In this document: piece after piece, positions 12,291 to 24,434 of the stretch | How positions within the stretch are numbered: the first letter of the stretch is position 1 | Layout: the number at the start of each line of letters is the position of its first letter | From: Pristiophorus japonicus | Lineage: Eukaryota | Assembly (NCBI RefSeq): GCF_044704955.1 | Contig: NC_091977.1 | Location: forward strand, 14,198,001-14,262,000 | DNA: 64,000 nt | Reading direction: 5' to 3' | Made by a program: the position numbers and the translations under genes | Notes under the pieces: model-generated | The model's database searches: none | The model's input: the letters and a program-made list of their open reading frames with translations, nothing else | Told to the model about the DNA's origin: nothing

Positions 12291-12769
12291 CTGTGGGAGT
12301 TTGTGCCTTGGGGCATTGCACACACCGCATAGAATGCTCTCGGATTCACGGAGCACGAGGATCCCGGAGATTCCGCGCAGCTACCACTTATCACCCTGAG
12401 TTGCTGCAGAAAAGCAATGTGTTCCCTGCAGTTCCCCACCCCCCCTCCCCACCTCCTCTCAACACCTTAACATGGCAATCTGGGATCTACAGATCATGGC
12501 TTAGGAGAGCACTTTAGAGTTTCAAGTACAATGCAGAGTCAGTTTGTTAATCTCACTCCAAGTTAACCCTCCAGTGTAGATAATCTCAGCCTGAGTTATT
12601 ATGATCCTTAAGTGGTTAGAATGTGGAAGTAGGCGAGGCGACTAATATAGATGCACTTAAAGGAAGCTAGATAAGCACATAAGCAAGAAAGGAATGGAAG
12701 GATATGAGTTAGATGAAGAGCAGTGGGAGGAGCCTCGTGTGAGGCATAAACACCGACATGGAGCAGTTG

Positions 12770-15700
12770 AACATAAGAACATAAGAATTAGGAACAGGAG
12801 TAGGCCATCTAGCCCCTCGAGCCTGCTCCGCCATTCAATAAGATCATGGCTGATCTGGCCGTGGACTCAGCTCCACTTACCCGCCCGCTCCCCATAACCC
12901 TTAATTCCCTTATTGGTTAAAAATCTATCTATCTGTGACTTGAATACATTCAATGAGCTAGCCTCAACTGCTTCCTTGGGCAGAGAATTCCACAGATTCA
13001 CAACCCTCTGGGAGAAGAAATTCCTTCTCAACTCGGTTTTAAATTGGCTCCCCTGTATTTTGAGGCTGTGCCCCCTAGTTCTAGTCTCCCCGACCAGTGG
13101 AAACAACCTCTCTGCCTCTATCTTGTCTATCCCTTTCATTATTTTAAATGTTTCTATAAGATCACCCCTCATCCTTCTGAACTCCAACGAGTAAAGACCC
13201 AGTCTATTCAATCTATCCTCATCTCCGGAATCAGCCTAGTGAATTGTCTCTGTACCCCCTCCAAAGCCAGTATATCCTTCCTTACGTAAGGTGAACAAAA
13301 CTGCTCGCAGTACTCCAGGTGCGGCCTCACCAATACCCTGTACAGTTACAACAGGACCTCCCTGCTTTTGTGCTCCATCCCTCTCACAATGAAGGCCAAC
13401 ATTCCATTCACCTTTCTGATTACCTGCTGCACCTGCAAACTAACTTTTTGGGATTCATGCACAAGGACCCCCAGGTCCCTCTGCACCTCAGCATGTTGTA
13501 ATTTCTCCCATTCAAATAATATTCCCTTTTACTGTTTTTTTTCCCCAAGGTGGATGACCTCACACTTTCCGACATTGTATTCCATCTGCCAAACCTTAGC
13601 CCATTCGCTTAACCTATCCAAATCTCTTTGCAGCCTCTCTGTGTCCTCTACACAACCCGCTTTCCCACTAATCTTTGTGTCATCTGCAAATTTTGTTACA
13701 CTACACTCTGTCCCCTCTTCCAGGTCATCTATGTATATTGTAAACAGTTGTGGTCCCAGCACCGATCCCTGTGGCACACCACTAACCACTGATTTCCAAC
13801 CCGAAAAGGACCCATTTATCTCAAATCTTTGCTTTCTGTTCGCCAGCCAATTCTCTATCCATGCTAATACATTTCCTCTGACTCCGCGTACCTCTATCTT
13901 CTGCAGTAACCTTTTGTGTGGCACCTTATCGAATGCCTTTTGGAAATCTAAATACACCACATCCATCGGTACACCTCTATCCACCATGCTCGTTATATCC
14001 TCAAAGAATTCCAGTAAATTAGTTAAACATGATTTCCCCTTCATGAATCCATGCCGCGTCTGCTTGATTGCACTATTCCTATCTAGATGTCCCGCTATTT
14101 CTTTCTCAATGATAGCTTGAAGCATTTTCCCCAATACAGATGTTAAACTAACCGGCCTATAGTTACCTGCCTTTTGTCTGCCCCCTTTTTTAAACAGAGG
14201 CGTTACATTAGCTGCTTTCCAATCCGCTGGTACCTCCCCAGAGTCCAGAGAATTTTGGTAGATTATAACGAATGCATCTGCTATAGCTTCCACCATCTCT
14301 TTTAATACCCTGGGATGCATTTCATCAGGACCAGGGGACTTGTCTACCTTGAGTCCCATTAGCCTGTCCAGAACTACCCCCCTCGTGATAGTGATTGTCT
14401 CAAGGTCCTCCCTTCCCACATTCCTGTGACCAGCAATTTTTGGCATAGTTTTTGTGTCTTCCACTGTGAAGACCGAAGCAAAATAATTGTTTAAGGTCTC
14501 AGCCATTTCCACATTTCCCATTATTAAATCCCCCTTCTCATCTTCTAAGGGACCAACATTTACTTTAGTCACTCTTTTCCGTTTTATATATCTGTAAAAA
14601 CTTTTACTATCTGTTTTTATGTTTTGCGCAAGTTTACCTTCGTAATCTATCTTTCCTTTCTTTATTGCTTTTTTAATTATTCTTTGCTGTTGTTTAAAAT
14701 TTTCCCAATCTTCTAGTTTCCCACTAACCTTGGCCACCTTATACGCATTGGTTTTTAATTTGATACTCTCCTTTATTTCCTTGGTTATCCATGGCTGGTT
14801 ATCCCTTCTCTTACCACCCTTCTTTTTCACTGGAATATATTTTTGTTGAGCACTATGAAAGAGCTCCTCCACTGTTCCTCAATTGTGCCACCGTTTAGTC
14901 TGTGTTCCCAGTCTACTTTAACCAACTCTGCCCTCATCCCACTGTAGTCCCCTTTATTTAAGCATAGTACGCTCGTTTCTGACACAACTTCCTCACCCTC
15001 AATCTGTATTACAAATTTAACCATACTGTGATCACTCATTCCGAGAGGATCTTTTACTTGGAGATTGTTTATTTTTCCTGTCTCATTACACAGGACCAGA
15101 TCTAAGATAGCTTGCTCCCTTGTAGGTTCTGTAACATACTGTTCTAAGAAACAATCCCGTATGCATTCTATGAATTCCTCCTCCAGGCTAACCCGTGCGA
15201 TTTGATTTGACCAATCGATATGTAGGTTAAAGTCCCCCATGACTACTGCCGTTCCTTTTTCATATGCCTCCATTATTCCCTTGATTATTGCCCGCCCTAC
15301 CGTGAAGTTATTATTTGGGGGCCTATAAACTACGCCCACTAGTGACTTTTTCCCCTTACTATCTCTAATCTCCACCCACAATGATTCAACATTTTGTTCA
15401 TTAGAGCAAATATCGTCTCTCACAACTGCCCTGATATCATTCTTTATTAACAGAGCTATCCCACCTCCTTTCCCTTCTTGTCTATCTTTCCGAATCATCA
15501 GATACCCCTCTATGTTTAATTCCCAGTCTTGGCCACCCTGCAACCATGTTTCTGTAATGGCCATCAAATCATACCCATTTGTAATGATTTGTGCCGTTAA
15601 CTCATTTACTTTATTTCGAATGCTGAGTGTGTTTAGGTAGAGTGTTTTAATCCTCGTTTTTAAACCATGATTTTTAGTTTTGACCCCTCCTGCAGCCCCT

Positions 15701-15775
15701 TTATATTCAGTGGCCCTTTTTGTTTTTTGCCTTGGGTTTCTCTGCCCTCCACTTTTACTCATCTCCTTTCTGTAT
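12770..15775 (-). mobile_element. CR1 LINE with nearly complete ORF2 (APE endonuclease plus reverse transcriptase), few lesions
   Basis: ORFs 14827-15762 (AITETW, VGVVYRPP, MGDFN, SDH) and 13529-14872 ([36 protein letters not shown]), then the C-terminal RRMRGDLIE...WNSLP and a (TTCTTATG)n tail at 12770-12790. Confidence 0.95.
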
Positions 15776-15804
15776 TTTGGGCCAAATAGCCTGTTTCTGT
15801 GCTG

Positions 15805-18075
15805 TCGACTCGATGTAAAGGGCAGAGAGGGGGTAGAGTTTCTGCACTGTGTTGAGAACTTTCCTGATCAGTACGCTCCGACCCAATGAGGAAGTAGGCA
15901 TTGCTGGATCTGGATCTGGGGAATGAGGTGGGTCAAGTAGAGCACGTGTCTGTAGGGGAACATTTAGGGAACAGTGATCATAGTATCATAAAGTTTAGAC
16001 TAGCTATGGAAAAGGATAGGGAGCAATCTAGATTAAAAATACTTAATTGTTGAAAGCCAATTTCAATGGATTGGGACTGGTAAATTGGAATCAAAGATTG
16101 GCAGGCAAAACTGTAATCGATCAATGGGCTGCCTTTAAAGTGGAGATGGTTCGGGTATAGTCGAGATACATTCTCACAAGGGGGAAAGGTAGGGCAACCA
16201 AAGCCAGAGCTCCCTGGATGACTATAAAGAGATTGAGAGTAAGATGAAGCAGAAAAAGGGGATATATGACAGTTGTCAGGTTGAGAATACAAGTGAGAAC
16301 CTGTGTGAAAGCTGAATATAGAAAGTTCAGAGGGGAAGTGAAAAAGAAAATAAGAGAGGCAAAGAGAGAACATTAGAATAGAATAGTAGCTAACATAAAA
16401 GGGAATCCTAAAGTCTTCTATAGGCATATAAATAGTAGACCGGAAGTAAGAGGTGGGGTGGGGCCAATTCGGGACCAAAATGGAGACCTATGCATAGAGG
16501 CAGAGCGAATGGCTGAGGTACTAAATGGGTACTTTTTTTCTGCCTTTACCAAGGAAGAAGATGCTGCCAAAGTCATAATGAAAAAGAATGTAGTTGAGAT
16601 ACTGGATGGGATAAAAATTGATAAAGAGGAGGTACTAGAAAGGCTGGTTGTACTCAAAATAGATAAGCCACCAGGACCGGATGGGATACATCCTAGGATG
16701 CTGAGGGAAGTAAAGGTATAAATCGCGGAGCTACTGGTCATAATCTTCCAATCCTCCTGGGATACAGGGCTGGTGCCAGAGGACAGGAGAATTGCAAATG
16801 TTACACCATTGTTCAAAAAAAGTGTGCAAGGACCCAGCAACTACAGGTCAGTCAATTTAACCTTGGTATGGGGACGCTTTTAGAAACGATAATTTGGGAT
16901 AAAATTAACAGTCACTTGGACAAGTATGGATTAATTAAGGAAAGCCAGCATGGATTTGTTAAAGGCAAATCATGTTTAACCAACTTGTTTGTGCGTTTTG
17001 ATGAGGTAACAGAGAGGGTCGATGAGGGCGGTTGATGTGTACATGGATTTCCAGAAGGCGTTTGATAAAGTGCCACATAATAGGCTTGGCAGCAAAGTTG
17101 AAGCCCATGGAATAAAAGGGACAGTGACAGCATGGATATGAAATTGGCTCAGTGACAGGAAACAGAGAGTAGTGGTGAACGGTTTTTTGGACTGGAGGAA
17201 GGTATACAGTGGTGTTCCCCAGGGATCAGTACTACGACCACTGCTTTTCTTGATATATATTAATGACTTAGACTTGGGTGTGCAGAGCACAATTTCAAAA
17301 TTTGCAGATGACACATTGGAAGTATAGTGAACAGTGAGGACTTCAAGAAGACATAGACAGGCTGCTGGAAGGGGCGAACACGTGGCAGATGAAATTTAAC
17401 GCAGAAAAGTGCGAAGTGATACATTTTCGTAGGAAGAGCAAGGAGAGGCAATATAAACTAAAGGGTACAATTCTAAAGCGGGTGCATGAACAGAGAGACC
17501 TGGGGGCACATGTGTGCAAATCATTGCAGGTTGAGGAAGCGGTTAAAAAAGCATACGGGGCTTCATAAATAGAGGCATGGAATACAAAAGCAAGGAAGTT
17601 GGTTCGGCCTCAACTGGAGTATTGTGTCCAATTCTGGGCAAGGCACTTTAGGAAGGATGTGAATGCCTTAAGAGAGGGTGCAGAAAAGATTTACGAGAAT
17701 GATTCCAGGGATGGGGGACTTAGAGCAGAGAAGTCGAGGTGTTCAAAATCATGAGGGTTCAAGACAGAGTAGATAGAGCGAAACTGTTCCCATTGGCAGA
17801 AGGGTCGAGAACCAGAGGACACAGATTTAAGGTGATTAGCAGATGGTCCAAAGGCATTGTGAGGAAAATAATTTTACGCGAGTGGTTAGGATCTGGAATT
17901 CACTGCCTGAAAGGGTGGTGGAGGCAGAGTCAATCGTGGCTTTCAAGAGTGAATAAGTACGTGAAGGAAAAAAATTTGCAGGTTCCGTGGAAAGGGCGGT
18001 GGAGTGGGACTAGCTGAAGTGCTCTTGCAGAGAGCCGGCATGGGCTCGATTGGCCCAATGGCTTTCTGGCGTGTA
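15805..18075 (+). mobile_element. Degenerate CR1 LINE ORF2 (endonuclease end through RT and tail)
   Basis: Frameshifted [44 protein letters not shown] and FADD motifs, and the C-terminus. Confidence 0.9.
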
Positions 18076-18356
18076 AAAAAAAAAAATCTGAATTGTCGCC
18101 CATTGTTGGTGCATATCAGAAACCCACAGGCACACACCGCCTGTAGTGAACATCTAATAATGGGCAGCATGCCCACTGGTGGAAAGTGAGGACGCAGAAC
18201 ATCCACCCAACCCAACCAATTCCACTGAAAATGGAATCCGCTTTGCTGTGAAGCTGCCGTTGGTAAACATGTGCTTAGTTACTGCAACAAATAATACCTC
18301 TTGCTGTCCTTGAGGCTGGGGAAGGGACACCACTGGTATCGTGTTACCCGTGCGGA

Positions 18357-18950
18357 TCCAGAGAGAGGTCACCATCGCAATGAGCCTAATCATCCAGTGA
18401 GAGGTCACCATCACAATAACCCTAATCACTCAGAGAGGTCACCATCACAATGACCCCAATCGTCCAGTGAGAGGTCACTATTGCAATGAGCCTAATTACC
18501 CAGAGAGGTCACCATCGCACTGAACCCAATCATCCAGTGAGAGGTCACTATCGCAATAACCCTAATCACTCAGAGAGGTCACCATCGCGATGACCCCCAT
18601 CCGTCCAGTGAGAGGTCACCATCGCAATGACCCCATCCATCCAGTGAGAGGTCACCATCGCAATGACCCAATCGTCCAGTGAGAGGTCACCATCGCAATG
18701 ACCCCTATCGTCCAGTGAGAGGCCACCATCGCAATGACCCCAATCGTCCAGTGAGAGGTCACCATTGCAATGACCCAATCGTCCAGTGAGAGGTCACCAT
18801 CGCAATGACCCAATCACCCAGTGAGAGGTCACCATCGCAATGACCCAATCACCCAGTGAGAGGTCACCATCGCAATGACCCAATCACCCAGTGAGAGGTC
18901 ACCATCGCAATGACCCAATCACCCAGTGAGAGGTCACCATCGCAATGACT
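18357..18950. repeat. Minisatellite, 35-36 bp unit (ccagtgagaggtcaccatcgcaatgacccaatcgt), ~17 copies
   Basis: Directly visible tandem array, with the 3' copies most homogeneous. Confidence 0.95.
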
Positions 18951-19444
18951 CCAGCTGACCTCTGACCATTTTTTAAAGTTTTTACTATTACCTATCACAA
19001 GCACGCCTTTCTACGGATTTGACACCAGATTAACTCGGTAGTATTTAGTCTCATTATTAGTAAAATGTTAGGGCCCCTTTGCAATGTCTTGACCTGGGGA
19101 AGAATATTTCCAATGATCTGGACCACAGTGAACACACACACACCACATACACATTCTGGGTTCTCATTTAGAACATACTTATGGACTAACGCTGCATTCA
19201 GCCTGGCAGACCAGGTGCAATCACACAGGAGACTCAGTGCGAGGAGCAGTGCCTAAGACCCATATATGACATAGGGTGAGGGCTTTTGAAAAAAGGGTGC
19301 GTGTTGTAATTAACCCCTTCGTCAGCTGCCTGTTAAAGAGTTTCCAGATCTGGAGAACTCTTTCTCACAAATATTCTGAGAAATAACATTTTCACTTTCA
19401 CAATGTTTTTTTCCTTTTGTTTCAGAAATTCAGAGAATGTTGCG

Positions 19445-21950
19445 GTCATAGAATCATAGAAGTTTACAACACGGAAGGAGACCATTTCAGCCCATCATGT
19501 CCGCGCCGGCCGACCAAGAGCAATCCAGCCTCATCCCACTTTCCAGTTCTCGGTCCGTAGCCCTGCAGGTTATGGCACTTCAAGTGCACATCCAAGTACT
19601 TTTTAAATGTGGTGAGGGTTTCTGCCTCTATCGCACTTTCAGGCAGTGAGTTCCAGACCCCCACCACCCTCTGGGTGAACAAATTTCCCCTCAAATCCCC
19701 TCTAAACCTCCTACCAATTATTTTAAATCTATGCCCCCTGGTTGTTGATCCCTCTGCTAAGGGAAATAGGTCCTTCCTATCAACTCTGTCTTGGCCTCTA
19801 ATAATTTTATACACCTCAATCTAGTCTCCCCTCAGCCTCTTCTGTTCCAAAGAAAGCAACCCGAGCCTATCCAATCTCTCCTTATAGCTAAAGTTCTCCA
19901 GTCTAGGCAACATCCTCCTAAGTCTTCACTGTACCCTCTATAGTGCAATCCTGTAATGTGGTGACCAGAACTACACGTAGTACTCTAGCTGTGGCCGAAC
20001 TGGTGTTTTTTATACAGTTCAAGCACAACCTCCCTGCTCTTGCATTTTATGCCCCAGCTTATAAAGGCAAGTCTTCTGTATGCCTTCTTAACCACCTTAT
20101 CTATCTGGCCTGCTACCTTCAGGGATCCTACCATTTAATGTATATCCCCTTGCCTTGTTAGCCCTCCCCAAAGGCTTCTTCGACAGCACCTCCCAAACCC
20201 GTGACCTCTACCACCTAGAAGGACAAGGGCAGCAAGCGCATGGGAACACCACCACCTCCACGTTCCCCTCCAAGTCACACACCATCCTGATTTGGAAGCA
20301 TATCACATTCTTTCATCGTCGCTGGGTCAAAATCCTGGAACTTCCTCCCTAACGGCACTGTGAGAGCACCTTCACCACACGGACTGCAGTGGTTCAAGAA
20401 GGAGGCACACTACCATCTTCTCAAGGGCAATTAGGAATGGGCAATAAATGCTGGCCTTGCCAGCGACACCCACATCCCGTGAACAGAAAAAAAAATGCAT
20501 TATCTCATACTTCTCCGGATTGAATTCCATTTGCCACTCTTCTGCCCACCTGACCAGTTCATTTATATCTTCCTGCAGTCCACAGCTTTCTTCTTCATTA
20601 TGGACCCCACACTTTCCACCTATCAACTAGGAAGGAACGGGAAACTTAGCGCCATTGGAAAAGAAGACATTTTATTACAGAAAAAAACCACCTGAAGAAC
20701 TCCCTGATACCACAAACATCCTCCTTCGCTGAAACTTTGGGATCAAATGATCCAAAATTACTCAAAGGAAAACAGACACTTTATTTAACTCTTGACTAAC
20801 ATCTCTGTTGGTAATACTCTCGCCTGAGTCAGCAGGTTGTGGGTTCAAGTCCAACTCCAGAGACTCGAGCACAAACATCTAGGCTACCACTCATGTGCAG
20901 TCCTTTTTAAAATCTGAATTTAAAACAATAATTGATCCCAGTCCCACTTTTGCAAACATTAATATTTGCGTTCTTGTCCCTGATTCTGTATTCACAGAAT
21001 GTAAAACTTTGAATAAGTTATTTACTCCTCTGTGATTTTACTGACAGCAAGCACTGCTTCGATTGGCTCAATCTTGATTTCACATTATGCTCCAGTCAGT
21101 CGGGCTGCAGTCAGTCAGGGTTTAACTCGCCAAAATTATCTACCTGGCAATCTCAACTTAGAAAATAAATTCCTAGATAAGAAAAAACAGATAGGAATTT
21201 GGGTGAGTTCATTAATGATATGGTTTATGAGATGCCTTTAAAGCCTTTTATTATATGATTTGCATTTTTATATACCGAAATAAAACAAGTAGAATCATAG
21301 AATGGTTACAGCACAGAAGGAAGCCATTCGGCCCGTCGAGCCCGTGCCGACTGTCTGCAAGAGACCTTCAGCTAGTCCCACTACCCTGCCCGTTCCCCGT
21401 GGCCCTGCAAATGTTTTCCTTCAGGTACTTATCCAACTCCCTTTTAAAAGCAGTGATTGAGTCTGCCTCCACCACCCTTTCAGGCAGTGCATTTCAGATC
21501 CTAACCACTCGCTGCGTAAAAACTTTTTTTCTTATATCGCCTTTGGACCTTCTGCCAATCACCTTAACTCTGTGTCTTCTGGTTCTCCACCCCTCTGCCA
21601 ATGGGAACAATTTCGATCTACTCTGTCCAGACCCTTCATGATTTTGAACACCTCGATCAAATCTCCTCTCAGTCTTCTCTGCTCTAAAGGAGAACAACCC
21701 CAGCTTCTCCAGTCTATCCACGTATCTGAAGTCCCTCATCCCCGGAACCATTCTCGTAAATCTTTTCTGCGCCCTCTCTTAAGGCCTTCACATCCTTCCT
21801 AAAGTGCGGTGTCCAGAATTGGACACAATACTCCAGCTGAGGCCGAACCATGGTTTTATAAAGATTCATCATAATTTCCTCACTTTTGTACTCTATACCT
21901 CTATTGATTAAACCCAGGATCCCGTAAACTTTTTCAACTGCTTTCTCAAT
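19445..21950. mobile_element. CR1 fragments (19445-20160 -, 21290-21950 -), second-lineage LINE tail (20165-20495 +) and DeuSINE head (~20805-20900 +)
   Basis: Translated C-terminal CR1 motifs and shared tail sequences. Confidence 0.8.
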
Positions 21951-22067
21951 TTTTGCACTTATGTAACAACTCTATATCTCAAAAACTTCCTGGATAGTTT
22001 TTCAGAGGATCTGGACTTAGACCGTGACAACTCCTTCAAGAGATCACTAATTAACCAGTTGTACATT

Positions 22068-22370
22068 TAGAGTTGCCAACCCTCCAGGATTGTCCTGGAG
22101 TCTCCAGGAATGAAAGACTAATCTCCAGACATATCCTGGGAGCATTAGAAAAATAATTTTCTTTCAACGCTTTTGTTTTAATCGACATAAAAACATTGGA
22201 GTTGGGAAAGAAAAGGAGGTTTTGCTGACAGACAAGTGTCATCCAATTGGTTAATGAAGAGTCTGTTCATTTTCCGATTGGCCGCGGGAAGATGTTGTGA
22301 TGTGAGAACGGACGTGTTGGACGGCCGATGGGGAGAGTGCGGGGGTGGGATATTGATAACTGATATCCAG
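22068..22370 (+). mobile_element. Possible hAT (Blackjack-like) MITE remnant
   Basis: Begins TAGAGTTGCCAACCCTCCAGGATTGTCCTGGAG, resembling the TAGGGTTGCCA terminal repeat. A matching right terminus is not clearly seen. Confidence 0.35.
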
Positions 22371-22544
22371 AGTTATTAATACCCCTGAGAATTCTTTATC
22401 GTATTTTTACCCTCACTCTTCAACTCTAAAATGTTTTGCCCTGCAAGTTGCTGGATGTGCAAGCTGATAACAATGGAGGGCAACGGGACATCTGGGACCT
22501 CAGTGAATGAGGGGATCAACAATCTATCTCCTCAAACAGATTAA

Positions 22545-23918
22545 TAAGAACATAAGAAATAGGAACAGGAGTAGGCCATACGGCCCATCGAGCCTGCTCC
22601 GCCATTCAATAAGATCATGGCTGATCCGATCATGGACTCAGCTCCACTTCCCCGCCCGCTCCCCGTAACCCCTTATCGTTTAAGAAACTGTCTATTTCTA
22701 TCTTAAATTTATTCAGTGTCCCAGCTTCCACAGCTCTCTGAGGCAACGAATTCCACAGATTTACAACCCTCTGAGAGAAGAAATTTCTCCTCATCTCAGT
22801 TTTAAATGGGCGGCCCCTTATTCTAAGATCATGCCCCCTAGTTCTAGTCTCCCCCATCAGTGGAAACATCCTCTCTGCATCACCTTGTCAAGCCTCCTCA
22901 TAATCTTATACGTTTCGATAAGATCACCTCTCATTCTTCTAAATTCCAATGAGTAGAGGCCCAACCGACTCAACCTTTTCTCATAAGTCAACCCCCTCAT
23001 CTCCAGAATCAGCTTAGTGAACCTTCTCTGAACTGCCTCCAAAGCAAGTATATCCTTTCGTAAATATGGAAACCAAAACTGCACACAGTATTCCAGGTGT
23101 GGCCTCACCAATACCCTGTATAGCTGTAGCAAGACTTCCCTGCTTTTATACTCCATCCCCTTTGCAATAAAGGCCAAGATTCCATTGGCCTTCCTGATCA
23201 CTTGCTGTACCTGCATACTATCCTTTTGTGTTTCATGCACAAGTACCTGCTGTACTGTGGCACTTTGCAATCTTTATAACTTGCTCTTTGATTTTTTTCT
23301 GCCAAACCTCACACTTTCCAAAATTATACTCCATCTGCCAAATTTTTGCCCACTCACTTAGCCTGTTTATGTCCTTTCGCAGATTTTTTGTGTCCTCCTC
23401 ACACATTGCTTTTCCTCCCATCTTTGTATCATCAACAAACTTGGCTCCGTTACACTCAGTCCCTTCTTGCAAGTCATTAATATAGATAGTAAATAGTTGG
23501 GGTCCCAGCACTGATCCCTGCGGCACCCCACTAGTTACTGGTTGCCAACCAGAGAATGACCCATTTATCCCGACTCTCTGTTTTCTGTTAGTTAGCCAAC
23601 CCTCTATCCATGCTAATATATTACCCCCAACCCCGTGAACTTTTATCTTGTGCAGTAACCTTTTATGTGGCACCTTATCAAATGCCTTCTGGAAGTCCAA
23701 ATACACTATATCCACTGGTTCCCCTTTATCCACCCTGTTCGTTATATCCTCAAAGAACTCTAGCAAATTTGTCAAACATGACTTCCCCTTCATAAATCCA
23801 TGCTGACTCTGTCTAACCGAATTTTGCTTTTCCAAATGTCCTGCTACTGCTTCTTTAATAATAGACTCCAACATTTTCCCAACCACAGTGGTTAGGCTAA
23901 CTGGTCTATAGTTTCCTG
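22545..23918 (-). mobile_element. CR1 LINE, 5' truncated RT to tail
   Basis: ORFs 23233-23886 (RT core), 22857-23270 and 22630-22869, then the tail. Confidence 0.92.
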
Positions 23919-24434
23919 AAGGATTGAAGGATTGAAAAGGAAATAGGGCGAATAGGTACAGAAAAAGAAATTAAGAAAGCAAAAGAAAGATTGGATTAAG
24001 GAGAAAAAAAAAGACAAAAAGGATAATTACTGAAAAAAATTAAAATTAAAATCTCCAAGAACAATTTACTACCTTCAGGAATGAGACACTAGTTTCAGTT
24101 GTTCCCTTTCTAGGCTGGAGCGGTTGAGTGGAATTGCAGGAACATAAATCTCATTATTAAAAGAGTCCTTACACTTAAGTACCAGCCCTATGGCGAGTTT
24201 AACAGGCAATTAAATGTGCAAATGCAGCAATTTCATGACTCACAAGGAGGTTGCATGCGAGCTTTCATTTTCACGAGGCTGACAACAGAGTGGTGCAAAT
24301 CAGCCTGAAACTTGTGAAGATTCGCAGTTCACGGGGTACCTCTCCCTCGCCACAAGTTGCTGATCGATTACACATCAATAATGGCGAGCACCAATAAACT
24401 CTACTTCAGCCGTGGCTCAGTGGGTAGCACTCTC

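Noticed and set aside
13368-14120. 250-aa plus-strand ORF
   Set aside because: Antisense shadow of the CR1 reverse transcriptase.
18357-18950. CRISPR-like appearance of a 35-36 bp palindromic repeat
   Set aside because: Units are contiguous with no unique spacers, there are no cas genes, and the context is eukaryotic.
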